NCBI GenBank assembly: GCA_034675265.1
Contig: JAUCDK010000001.1
Location: 30,358-94,357, forward strand
Length of the DNA: 64,000 nucleotides
Direction: 5' to 3'
Source: Patescibacteria group bacterium
GTDB lineage: Bacteria > Patescibacteriota > Gracilibacteria > BD1-5 > UBA6164
The notes below the pieces were generated by a model, which ran no database searches, was not told the DNA's origin, and was given only the letters and a program-made list of their open reading frames with translations. Below are positions 1 through 9,569 of this stretch, piece by piece. Numbering within the stretch: the stretch's first letter is position 1; each line of letters begins with the position of its first letter. The position numbers and the translations under genes were made by a program.

Positions 1-1049
1 ATAAAAGAAGAACTCAAATTAATAATGCAAAAATTGGAGAATTCAATCCAAAAGATACTATTGCAAATGAAGAAGTGGTTATTACTATTTCAAAAAATAG
101 CTATATTAAGAGAATACTTTCAAGTTCATTTAGAACTCAAAGAAGAGGATGAGTTGGTGTGACTACTGCAACCAAAGAAGAAGATGAAATCAAATTGATT
201 CTTTCAACAAAAAATCATAATGATTTATTATTCTTTACTTCAAGATGAAGAGTATTTACACTTCCAGCATATGAAATACCAGAAGCTACAAGAACTGCAA
301 AATGACAACCAATTATCAATCTTTTATCACTTGATAAAAATGAAGAAATTTCATCAGTGCTTGATATTACAGAAGAAAAAAATAAATATCTATTCTTTGT
401 AACTTCAAAAGGAACTTCTAAAAAACTTCTTATGGAAGAAGTGAAAAAAATTAGATCAAGTGGACTTATTGTATTGAAAATAAAGGATGAAGATAGTTTA
501 GCTTGGGTAAAAACAACTTCATGAGATGATAATATTTTCATTGCTACTAAAGAATGAAAAGCGATTCAATTTAGTGAGGATGATGTAAGACCAATGGGAA
601 GAGCTGCATCTTGAGTAAGATGAATTAAATTAAAAGATACTGATGAAGTAGTAGAGGTAACTATAGTTTCAAAAGATGAAAAATATGTGTTAATCGTTAC
701 TCAAAATGGTATGTGAAAAATTTCTGAAATTTCAGAATACAGAGATCAAAATAGAGGATGAAGTTGAGTAAAAGCTATGGCAATTACACCAAAAACTGGA
801 AAAGTTATTGGTGCTATGATGTTAAAAGATGAAGATAGAGATGATACTGATTTACTTCTTATGAGTAAATGAGGTCAAACTATTAGACTTCCATTAAAAG
901 GAATTAGAGTGACTTCAAGAGTAACTCAATGAGTGATTTTAACAAAAATTAGATGAGAAGATGATGAAATTGTAAGAGCAAGTTTGATGAAATCTAGTGA
1001 ATGAGAAGATACTCCTATCACTGAAATTTCTTCTATTGAAGAAGAATAA
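1..1049 (+). CDS. gyrA: DNA gyrase subunit A, C-terminal beta-pinwheel domain (5' end outside window; codon phase starts at nt 3)
   Basis: Open to TAA 1047-1049 only if TGA=Gly. GyrA box QRRGGVG (one Gly is TGA 150-152). Blade motifs FFTSRGRVFTLPAYEIPEATRTAKGQPIINLL and RPMGRAASGVRGIKL. Confidence 0.9.
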
Positions 1050-1080
1050 TAAAAAGACTAAATCCAAAGGATTTAGTCTT

Positions 1081-1815
1081 TTACTTTTTTAAAAATTTAA
1101 ATAAAAGTAGAAATATTTTTTTCTCAAAATTTGCAAATATAGGACTTTCTATAATAAAACTTTCTAAAGAATTATAATCAATAATAGCAACTTTATTTCC
1201 ATAGATAATTTTGGTAATATTATCTTCAAAAATATCATATTTTGGAGGAATGATAACGACATCTTTTTCAAGTTTTTTCGGTTTTCTATCATTTAAAAAT
1301 TCGTTGGTAATAACATATCTTTCTAATTTTTTTGTATCACGAATCTTTTTGTATTCTTGATACATTTTTTTAGGAAATAAACTCAATGCACTTTCATTTC
1401 GAGAAGAATATCTATAAAAAATTTCACCTGCCTTTAATGTATGAGCTATATCAAGAAAAATATTTCATACTCCAGAAACTCATTTGAGATGCTTAAAAAT
1501 AGGTTTTGAAAATTGATTTTGATATAATTTTTCTATTTCAGGAATGTATAAATCATATTCATTTTTAATATTTTCTAAATATTGAGAAAGTATTTTTGGA
1601 TTTTCAGCTGAATAATGAATCCTTTTTCCATTCATAATATTTGCTATAAGTCCGGTTTCTACCATATTTGGAAGTATTTTATAGAGTTTTGGTCTATTTA
1701 TTTTGGTTCACTTTGAAATTTCTGTAATGGTTTGATTTTGATTCTGTATGAGAAATAAATAAATATTTGATTCTGTATGAGAAAGTCAGAGTTTTTGAAG
1801 TATAAATTCATTCAT
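1081..1815 (-). CDS. TrmB-like winged-helix transcriptional regulator
   Basis: 244 aa with TGA=Gly. Joins track ORFs 1081-1386 and 1480-1665 in one frame. N-terminal HTH LGLSHTESNIYLFLIQNQNQTITEISKGTKINRPKLYKILPNMVETGLI. Confidence 0.5.
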
Positions 1816-1984
1816 AGATAAAAGTGTAAAAAAATATTACACTTTTATTTTACTTAATTTTTCTTTTTGTAAAGAGAAGATAAAAAAATATATGTATTTA
1901 TTTTTAAAATAATATTTAAAAATTTATGCAAAAAAATAAAAATCGTTATGATACAACTAGATTTTATTTCTTATCTATGAAATT

Positions 1985-2914
1985 ATGAAACTCGATATGC
2001 ATTTTCACTCAATTGCTTCGGATTGATTTTTAACACAAGAACAATTATTACAGAGAGCTCAAAATCAACAACTGGATTTTATTGCTTTAACAGATCATGA
2101 TATTATTTCATATGATTTTAGAGAAGAAGCAAAAAAATTCTGAATTGAAAGTTGTCAATCAGTAGAAATTTCTGCATATAATAAAGAACATGATAAAAGT
2201 TTACATCTTACTTTTTACGCTAAAAAAATTGCAAAAGATATTTCAAAAATTTTAGAAAATGTTGTACAATCAAAAGAAAAATTGGTTCATTTACAAGTTT
2301 GGAGATTTAAAAGCTGGGGATTTGAAATTGACTCACATCAGTTTTACGCTTATTTTGAAACTTTAGGTAGAAAAAGAAATACATTGAATAAATTTGATAT
2401 TACACATTTTGTATTTTTATCTGAAAAAAATAGACAAAGAGCTAGAGAATTAAATGCTGGAAATGAGATTTCACACGAAGCATTTTATCTTAAGTTTTTA
2501 AAAAGATGATGAGACGAATTTGAAAATTTTGCTGTTCAAGTTCCTCAATATGAAACAAGTATTGAATTATGTAAGGATTTTGTGGATAAAAGTGATGGAA
2601 TTTTATCTATTCCACATGCAAATGTGACATTTCGTAGAGAGGGAATAGAGTGATTTAAACAAGCATTGCCATATTATATTGAACATGGATGAGTGAATGC
2701 TTTGGAAATAAATGCTTGTATGACGAAAGATTGGGTACATGCAATTTTGGAAGCAAAAGATACATATGATTTATATCTGACTTTTGGGAGTGATTTTCAT
2801 AAACCTGGAATAAAAGATGGAAAACATGGGGATTTTTGAGAACAAAATATATATATTTCACCACAACAAGCTCAAGAAGCATTTGATAAATACAAAGAGA
2901 AAATATTGCTGTAA
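1985..2914 (+). CDS. PHP-domain metal-dependent phosphoesterase (TrpH/YciV-like)
   Basis: 309 aa. N-terminal PHP signature MKLDMHFHSIASDGFLTQEQLLQRAQNQQLDFIALTDHD, later SIPHANV and GSDFH. Frame verified free of TAA/TAG. Confidence 0.7.
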
Positions 2915-3104
2915 AAGGCATTATTTTTTTCTTTTTGCATTTTTTAAAAAATAATATACAATGTATTTGTAAGCTTCAGGTTTTTAAAACTCTACTCTAT
3001 AAATTTTCATTTAAAGTTTTTTCTTTCAATTGGGTAATTTTATTTTTAGAACTTTTTAAAAAACACTTTGGTTTACAAGTGTTTTATTTTTTTTATTTTA
3101 TGCT

Positions 3105-3374
3105 ATGGCAAAAAAATTATTTGTTGGTAATATCAACTGGTCAGCTTCAAAAGAAGATTTAGAAAATATTTTCGGAGAATACGGAGAATTAGAAGAAGTA
3201 GTTCTTATTAAAGATGAAAACGGAAGATCAAAAGGTTTCGGATTCGTTTCTTATGTAAATGAAGAAGATGCTGGTAAAGCTCAAGGTGAATTAAATGGAT
3301 TCCAAATTGATGGAAGACCATTATTCGTTAATGAAGCAAGACCACAAGAAAAAAGAGAAAGAAATTTCAGATAA
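3105..3374 (+). CDS. RRM-type RNA-binding protein
   Basis: 89 aa. RNP2 LFVGNI and RNP1 KGFGFVSY motifs. Intact in the standard code (all 10 Gly are GGN). Followed by a hairpin terminator. Confidence 0.9.
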   Translation: MAKKLFVGNINWSASKEDLENIFGEYGELEEVVLIKDENGRSKGFGFVSYVNEEDAGKAQGELNGFQIDGRPLFVNEARPQEKRERNFR

Positions 3375-3385
3375 TTTTTTCTTTT

Positions 3386-3422
3386 AAAAAATAAACTTCC
3401 TTTTGGGAAGTTTATTTTTTTT
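3386..3422. terminator. Bidirectional intrinsic terminator between convergent RRM and pilin genes
   Basis: aaacttcc-tttt-gggaagttt hairpin flanked by an A-run and a T-run. Overlaps the pilin stop codon 3412-3414. Confidence 0.6.
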
Positions 3423-4518
3423 GACAAATATCCAGAGTTGTATTCAGTGTTGCAGGTCTTCCTGCAGCTGAAATATTAACTTTTCAATTATTACTCCATC
3501 AAATTGGGCAACCTGTCATGATTATTTTTGTTCATGCTGGGATTGTTTCTATTTGTTTTTCACAAATATTCAGAGTTGTGTTCAGTGTTGCAGGTCTTCC
3601 TGCAGCTGAAATATTAACTCCTCAATTATTATTCCATCAAGTTGGACAAATGGGCATAATTATTTTTGTTCATGGAGGAGGGACTTCTGTTTGATGTTTG
3701 CAAATATGTAGAGTTGGGGTGATAGTTCCCGGTCTTCCTCATGCTAGAATACTCACTTCTCAATTATTTGTCCATCAAATTGGACAATTTTCTGTAAATA
3801 TGTATTCAAAAATTCATTGGTACATATTTTCAAGTTTTCATAAATCTGCTCAAGTTGAGGTGATATTTTCATCAATATTATTGTTAAATATTACTTTGAG
3901 TTCTCAAAAATCATTTATGATGCTTTCAGAATTTTTTATATCTATTCCTGTAAAACTTTCGCTTTTTAACTCTTGCAAAGGTCTATTTATATTTGCTCAA
4001 GAATTTCATAACAGTACTCATAATTCATTTCCAAATGTTTTAGGAATTCTATTTTCATATTGAGAGTTTTCTGCATATGTTTTTAGTACAAATGAGAATT
4101 CCTCAGAAACTTCTAAATAAGTAATTCCTTGATACAGAGTTCTTGCTTTATTGACACTGTAGGTAAATCTGAATTCGTCCAGAGGATCAATGGGTAATTT
4201 ATTTATGTTGATTCAGTTTGCTGCCTCATTTCCAAAAAATCATTGGTATCATATAACACTTCCGCTTGATATTATTTCTATGTAATCTTCTGGAAGAGGA
4301 TAATTTCAAGTTTTTGTTTTATAGATTTGTAATTCAGTATCTATATTTTTTACGGTTGAAAGTCTGTTTCCATCTCTGGCATTTTTAGAATAGTTTTTAA
4401 ATGAAATGAAAGCAATGCTTGCTAAGATAGCAAGAATAGTGATTACTATGATCAGTTCTACCAATGTAAATCAATTTTTTTTCAAGAAAAAATAATTATT
4501 TTTATGTACTGTTTGCAT
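3412..4518 (-). CDS. Type IV pilin / pseudopilin-like protein with C-terminal Cys-rich tandem repeats
   Basis: 368 aa. KKNGFTLVELIIVITILAILASIAF is a prepilin-peptidase (class III) signal, and the cleavage-site Gly is TGA 4471-4473. The C-terminus holds three 46-aa repeats CPxGWxNNGxVNISAAGRPATLNTTLxIC. Frame checked triplet by triplet. Confidence 0.8.
3425..3838 (-). repeat. 3 x 138-bp in-frame tandem repeat inside the pilin gene
   Basis: Units start at 3425, 3563 and 3701. The first two are near-identical (caaatatyc agagttgt rttcagtgttgcaggtcttcctgcagctgaaatattaac) and the third is diverged. Confidence 0.85.
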
Positions 4519-4557
4519 ATTTTTGAAATAAAAAAATAAAGTAATTATCCTGAAGTA

Positions 4558-4669
4558 GCCAAACTGATTATATACTTTATTCTTAATTTAAGAAATGGAG
4601 TAAATAATGGATAATTACTCCATCTTACTCTTAAATTAAGAGAGTCTTAAAAAATATAATCAATTTGGC
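4558..4669. repeat. 112-bp imperfect palindrome / long three-segment hairpin (function unknown)
   Basis: Outer arms gccaaactgattatat (4558-4573) / atataatcaatttggc (4654-4669), 1 mismatch. Perfect 13-bp arms tcttaatttaaga (4581-4593) / tcttaaattaaga (4629-4641). Inner 9-bp atggagtaa (4595-4603) / ttactccat (4615-4623). 11-nt loop. Confidence 0.75.
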
Positions 4670-4702
4670 AGTGCAATTATAGAGTACTTTTTCTTTTTTT
4701 GC

Positions 4703-4728
4703 AAAAAAAAAGAGTTTTTACTCTTTTC
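4703..4728 (-). terminator. Intrinsic terminator after nrdR
   Basis: On the minus strand: aaagag-taaaaa-ctcttt followed by a T-run. Confidence 0.5.
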
Positions 4729-4754
4729 CTATTTTATAGAAGAAATTTTTCTGA

Positions 4755-5201
4755 TTATTTTCCAAATTCCTTTTGAATAAACTCAATATAATCACTAGCA
4801 TCTCAAAAATTATGATATACAGAAGCATACCTTATATAAGCTACTTCATCTACTTTTTTTAATTCTTCAAGTACAAAAGCTCAAATATCACGAGAAGTAA
4901 TTTTTCTTTTATTGAGAAGTTTTTGTTCTATTTGAAACATCACATTATCAATAATTTTAATACTTACTCATCTTTTATTGAACGCTTTTAATACACTTCC
5001 ATAAAGTTTTTCTTCGTTGTATTCTTCCATTTTTCCAAGAGTTTTTTCCACCATTAAAGAGACTTTTTCATATTTTTCAAAAGTATTAAATCTGTTTCCA
5101 CAGTTTAAACATTCTCTTCTTCTTTTGATAGATTTTCCATCTTCAGTGACTCTAGAATCAAGAACTTTTGTGTCAGTATTTCAGCAGTGAGTACAGTACA
5201 T
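4755..5201 (-). CDS. nrdR: Transcriptional repressor NrdR
   Basis: 148 aa. Zn-ribbon [38 protein letters not shown] followed by an ATP-cone. Every codon of the frame checked. Confidence 0.9.
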
Positions 5202-5221
5202 AATGAGATGTTAATTAGTAG

Positions 5222-5737
5222 TTAAAATGTAATTTTTTCATATTCTAAAGCTAATTTGTGCAAAGTATTATCTTCAAAATGAGCATGTTCTAAAGTTTCA
5301 TCATAAAGATTTTTCAGCATAGTATAGGTGGTTGTATAGGCATTACAAGCATTTTCTGGAATAAAAAAATTATTTGATAATTCTTTTATTTGCACCAAAT
5401 AGAAATCAAAATTTTTATGTTCTTTTTCCATTTGAGTAATCGGATTTTTGATACTTCCACAATGAAATGTTCAAATATTTTTCTTTTCATTGACTGCCTT
5501 TTGAAGTGCTTGCATCATTGGAAAAAGTATTTTTTCTTCTTTGTCTAAATGTTTCAGCATTTCATTTTGAAAAAGTATAAAGATATCTTTCATTTTTGCA
5601 AATTCTGGATGAATATCTCAATGTACATCTACTATTTTATTGAAAAGGAGATGAATTTTTGGAAGATTTTCTCTGAGAGGATTATGGTATTTTTGTATAA
5701 TAAACTCTGTTAATTCTATTAAATCTTTATTATTCAT
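5222..5737 (-). CDS. Hemerythrin-type di-iron protein, RIC (YtfE/ScdA) family, C-terminal domain only
   Basis: 171 aa. Pattern matches the YtfE hemerythrin domain: IIQKYHNPLRENLP, HLDKEEKILFPM, MEKEHKNF, PENACNAY, EHAHFEDNTL. Confidence 0.7.
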
Positions 5738-5746
5738 ATTTGATGA

Positions 5747-6442
5747 TTATATTCTAATTTTTGTGTCTTTTATGTATTTTACTGCGATATTTTTAAAGTC
5801 AAGGAGTTCATTTGAAGTGAAACTTTCTCAGTAAAATTCTTTTTCTAGGGTATTTCCAGGTCTATAATTTTGTAGGAAATATTTTTTTGCTCCTACGATT
5901 TGTAAAACTACTTTTTCAAAATTTTCTTGTTTGTGATAATTTTTTATAAGGGTAGTTCGAAATTCGTAATCAATAGAGGAATTTTTTATGATTTCAATGC
6001 TTTCTAGGTACTTTTGTTTGTCATATTTTCAAATTAAATCTTCCAAATTTTCATAATCTCATTTGATATCCATTGCGATATAATCAAGAAGTTTTTCACT
6101 GAGTAATTCTTGGAGAATTTTTGGATTTTGTCCATTCGTATCAAGTTTTACAAGAAATCACATATTTTTTATTTTTTTGCAAAATTCTTTTAGATTTTTT
6201 TGGAGAGTTGGTTCTCCTCAGCAAATCACAACTCCATCTAAGAGTCAGATTTTTGTTTTTAAGAAATTAAAAAATATTTCTTCTGGAATAAAATCTTGTA
6301 TAAATTTTATTTTTTCTGGTAAAACAAATTCTGAATTGTGGCAATATTTACATCTTAAATTGCATCAGGCTGTAAATAGTAAAGTAGCAACCTTACCTGG
6401 GTAATCAAGTAAGGTTGTTTTTTGGATTCAAGATATGAGCAT
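5747..6442 (-). CDS. nrdG: Anaerobic ribonucleoside-triphosphate reductase activating protein (radical SAM)
   Basis: 231 aa. CNLRCKYCHN cluster motif, VICGGEPTLQ, LDTNGQNP. Lies directly after the nrdD pieces. Confidence 0.9.
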
Positions 6443-6451
6443 AAGGAAGAA

Positions 6452-6622
6452 TTATTTATAATCTTGGATAAATTGAGAATTGGCAGATATGTTTTCTTTG
6501 AAATATTCTCTTGAGTAAAATTCTGATTTTTTTCAGATATTAAAGTGGCTGACTGGTCTGAAATATCACATTACTCTGGTATAGATTTCACATTTTGTTC
6601 TTTGGAGATTTGTTGTTTTCAT
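6452..6622 (-). CDS. Free-standing NrdD C-terminal glycyl-radical domain (56 aa)
   Basis: MKTTNLQRTKCEIYTRVMGYFRPVSHFNIGKKSEFYSREYF... carries the canonical RVxGY radical motif. The radical Gly is TGA 6567-6569. Separate ORF 112 nt downstream of the nrdD stop. Confidence 0.7.
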
Positions 6623-6662
6623 ATATAAATTATTAAAAATTAAAATTATTTAGATATTTGTT

Positions 6663-6737
6663 TAATAATTATTTTTACTCACTGCGGAACTTGACTTCGT
6701 CTTTGAACAGTCCTCGTTTCATAAAAAATAATTATTA
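6663..6737. repeat. Perfect 14-bp inverted repeat enclosing a GC-rich 47-nt loop, in the nrdD / mini-ORF spacer
   Basis: taataattattttt at 6663-6676 and its reverse complement at 6724-6737. The latter begins at the nrdD stop codon. Loop (mRNA sense): tatgaaacgaggactgttcaaagacgaagtcaagttccgcagtgagt. Confidence 0.8.
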
Positions 6738-8912
6738 AATTTTCATTCACTTCGCCGTATAAATTTTCCTCACTTCTGTATCAAACTTTTCTCAAACATA
6801 TCAAATTTCCTCATCACATTTCGGACAATAATCATGCTCTCCAGTAATATAACCATGTTTGGGGCAAATAGAAAAAGTTGGAGTGATTGTGATATAAGGG
6901 AGCTGATAATTTTCTAAAACTTTTTTTACCAAGGATTTACAAGCTTCACCATCACTCACTCTTTCACCAAGATAGAGATGTAAAACCGTTCCTCCAGTAT
7001 ATTTGCATTGAAGTTCATTTTGGTATTCTAAAGCTTCAAAAGCATCATCAGTAAATCATACTGGTAATTGTGATGAATTGGTATAATACGGAGCTTCCCA
7101 CGTTCCAGCTTGAATAATATTTGGAAGTTGTTTTTGGTCTTCTTTGGCAAATCTATAGGTCGTTCATTCAGCAGGAGTTGCCTCTAAATTATAAAGATTT
7201 CCTGTTTCTTCTTGAAATTTTTTGAGTTCATCTCTGATATATTCAAGAATTTCTATAGAAAAATTTTTTCAAAATTCACTCGTAATATCTTCTTTTCATC
7301 CAGTAAAATTGAGAATTGCTTCATTCATTCCATTGACTCAAATAGTAGAAAAATGATTTCTAAAACTATGTAAATATCTTTTTGTATACGGATAGAGTCA
7401 AGCATCAAGCCATTTACTGAGCTCTTTTCTTTTGAGTTCCAAAGAAGTTTTTGCTTGGTGCATCAAATGAAGAGTTCTTTTTTTGAATCATTCTTTGTCT
7501 CCCGCAAAATTATATCAAATACGAGCCATATTTAAGGTAACTACTCCAATACTTCCAGTCATTTCAGCACTTCCAAAGAGTCCATTTCCTCTCTTGAGTA
7601 ATTCTTTTAAATCCAGTTGTAATCTGCAACACATGCTTCTTACTGCTCACGGAGTATAGGCTTCCGTATTTGGAACTTTGGAAATACTTCCATCAGGATT
7701 TTTTATTTTTTTATATTGACTTCCAACAAAATTTTGAAAATAGGGAAGTCCATATTTTGCGGTCATTTCAAAAATTCCATCAACAATTGGATTATTCCAA
7801 TCAAAATCTTCGGTAATATTATAGGTTGGAATTGGAAAGGTAAATACATTTCCTTTGGCATCTCCAGCAACATATACTTCTACTAAAGCTTTATTGATGA
7901 GGTCCATTTCAGCTTGAAGTTCTCAGAATTTTTTTTCATAATATCCAGCATCAACTCCCCCTAAAAATAATGCTTTATCTTTTAAATCTTCTGGACAATT
8001 GAGATCTAAAGTGATGTTGGTAAATGGAGTTTGAGTTCACCATCTTGAGGGAACATTGAGTCAAAATATAAAATTTTGCATTTGTTGCACGACATATTTA
8101 TATGTTTTTTTATACACATAATTTTCTTTTTCTTCTGAAGATGAAAAATGTGTTTTTATTTCTCACAATTCTTTTTCTATCTCTTTTTTGTATTTGTGAA
8201 CAAAAGGAGCTAAATAAGTGTCAAAGCTTGAAAATGCTTGTGCTCCGGCCCATTCATTTTGAAGAGTTCCAAGAAAATTTATCATTTGATTTACGACTGA
8301 TTGAAGATTTTTTGGAGGAGAAGATTCAAGACGATTTGGAAGCCCATTAAATCCAAGTTCTAATAATTGTCTCAAACTCCATCCGGCACAGTATCAAGAG
8401 AACATATCTAAATCGTGTATATGATAATCGGCATTTCTATGCAAATCTCAAACTTCTTTTGGATATATATGTGAAAGCCAATAATTTGCCGTTACTTTTC
8501 CAGAAGTATTGAGAATGAGTCCTCATAAACTATACCCGGAATTTGCATTTGCATTGACTCTCCAGTCGGCTTTGCTTAAATATTCTTCCATAGTATTTCC
8601 TACTTCTACGGTTACATTTTTATTTTCTCTGGAAAGTCTTCTTTGCTCTCTATAGAGAATATATGTTTTTGCAACGGTATTATGTTGGTGTTTAATTAAA
8701 ACTTCTTCCACAATATCTTGTATAATTTCAACATCGGGAATACTTTCTCATTTGAGAATAATTTCTCTGGTGATTTCTTCTACAAGTCAATCAATTTTAG
8801 AAAAATCATCTCATCCAGCTGTGATTATGGCATTTTTTATTGCTTTTTTGATTTTTTCTCCATCAAAAGTGGCAATATTTCCATTTCTCTTTTTTACCTT
8901 AAAAATAGCCAT
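6735..8912 (-). CDS. nrdD: Anaerobic ribonucleoside-triphosphate reductase, large ORF lacking the glycyl-radical motif
   Basis: 725 aa. ATP-cone (FKVKKRNGNIATFDGEKIKKAI). Core motifs ADWRVNANANSGYSLGGL, HIHDLDMFSGYCAGWS, QNEWAGAQAFSSFDTYLAPF, SMCCRLQLD. Zn-ribbon CPKHGYITGEHDYCPKC. Ends KIYTAKGMKI*. Confidence 0.9.
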
Positions 8913-8928
8913 AATAAATAAAAAATAA

Positions 8929-8974
8929 ATAAAATATATAGTATTAGCTAAAACCTAAAATACTATATATAGTG
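8929..8974 (-). promoter_or_regulatory. Two NrdR boxes upstream of nrdD
   Basis: AT-rich 16-bp palindromes atactatatatagtgt (8959-8974) and taaaatatatagtatt (8929-8944). Centres are about 30 bp apart, 17-60 bp upstream of the nrdD ATG, as in known NrdR operators (acaCwAtATaTwGtgt). Confidence 0.6.
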
Positions 8975-9052
8975 TTTTAGGTTTGTAAAATGAGAATATA
9001 TTGACTTTTTGAGAATTGATTTTGAGTTTTGAAAAAAGGGGCTTTATGAAAA

Positions 9053-9087
9053 GAAAAAAAGTTTGTAAAAATTACAAACTTTTTTTG
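9053..9087. terminator. Bidirectional intrinsic terminator
   Basis: A-run, agtttgtaa-aaa-ttacaaact, T-run. Lies downstream of minus-strand gene 9104-9547. Confidence 0.6.
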
Positions 9088-9103
9088 AATAAATAAAAAT
9101 AAA

Positions 9104-9547
9104 TTATTTCTTTTTATAGAATTTTATAAATAAAGCTCACATAATAATTATGAATATAAAAAATCATAGAAAGTAATAGTTCGTAGAGAATATATTTTCA
9201 GGAATTTCTATTTTATTTTCAGTACAATAGGGAATATTTTCGGTGTTTATTGCATATGTATTATTAAATGAATGATAATTTTTTTTATCAAGTATATATT
9301 CGACTTGATCTCATATTTTTAAAGTATTTTCATAAAAAACCTTATAATAAGAATCAAGAATACATTCTTTATTTGATAGAGTTGCATTCATAAAATGAGT
9401 TTCATTATTTTCTCATTTTATGAAAAGAGTCAAATCTGTAGAACATTGATCTTCACTATTTTTTTGAATTTTTTGAATTTTTCAAGAAATTTTACATTTT
9501 TGAGCTTGCTCAAAATATTCTTGTAACACATCTGGGGAGAATGCCAT
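9104..9547 (-). CDS. Tail-anchored membrane protein, unknown function
   Basis: 147 aa. MAFSPDVLQEYFEQAQKCKISGKIQKIQ..., C-terminal TM YYFLGFFIFIIIMGALFIKFY. Shares the KC(K/Q)ISG(K/E)I module with the upstream gene. Confidence 0.6.
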
Positions 9548-9569
9548 AGTAATTAATTTATGTTAAAAA

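Noticed and set aside
1737-1784. Exact 19-nt direct repeat (tttgattctgtatgagaaa) with 29-nt period inside the TrmB-like gene, read in two different frames (LSHTES / FLIQNQ)
   Set aside because: It is real in the sequence and does not disrupt the ORF. It is most simply a small local duplication or a chance event in low-complexity DNA, with no associated structure or second copy elsewhere in the window.
3425-3838. Tandem repeats as a possible CRISPR array
   Set aside because: The units are 138 bp, contiguous with no spacers, in frame and coding within the pilin gene. No cas genes are present in the window.
6623-6800. Group I (or other) self-splicing intron interrupting nrdD
   Set aside because: This is not established. 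The candidate interval is only about 110-200 nt. I could not identify P1/P7-like pairings or a U/omega-G splice-site pair by eye. The large ORF tail looks like a decayed duplicate rather than an exon edge. It is kept as an alternative within the split-nrdD finding.
9045-9095. 16-codon ORF (MKRKKVCKNYKLFLNK) downstream of the orphan TTGACT motif
   Set aside because: It is too short, has no SD, and most of it is simply the terminator hairpin sequence.
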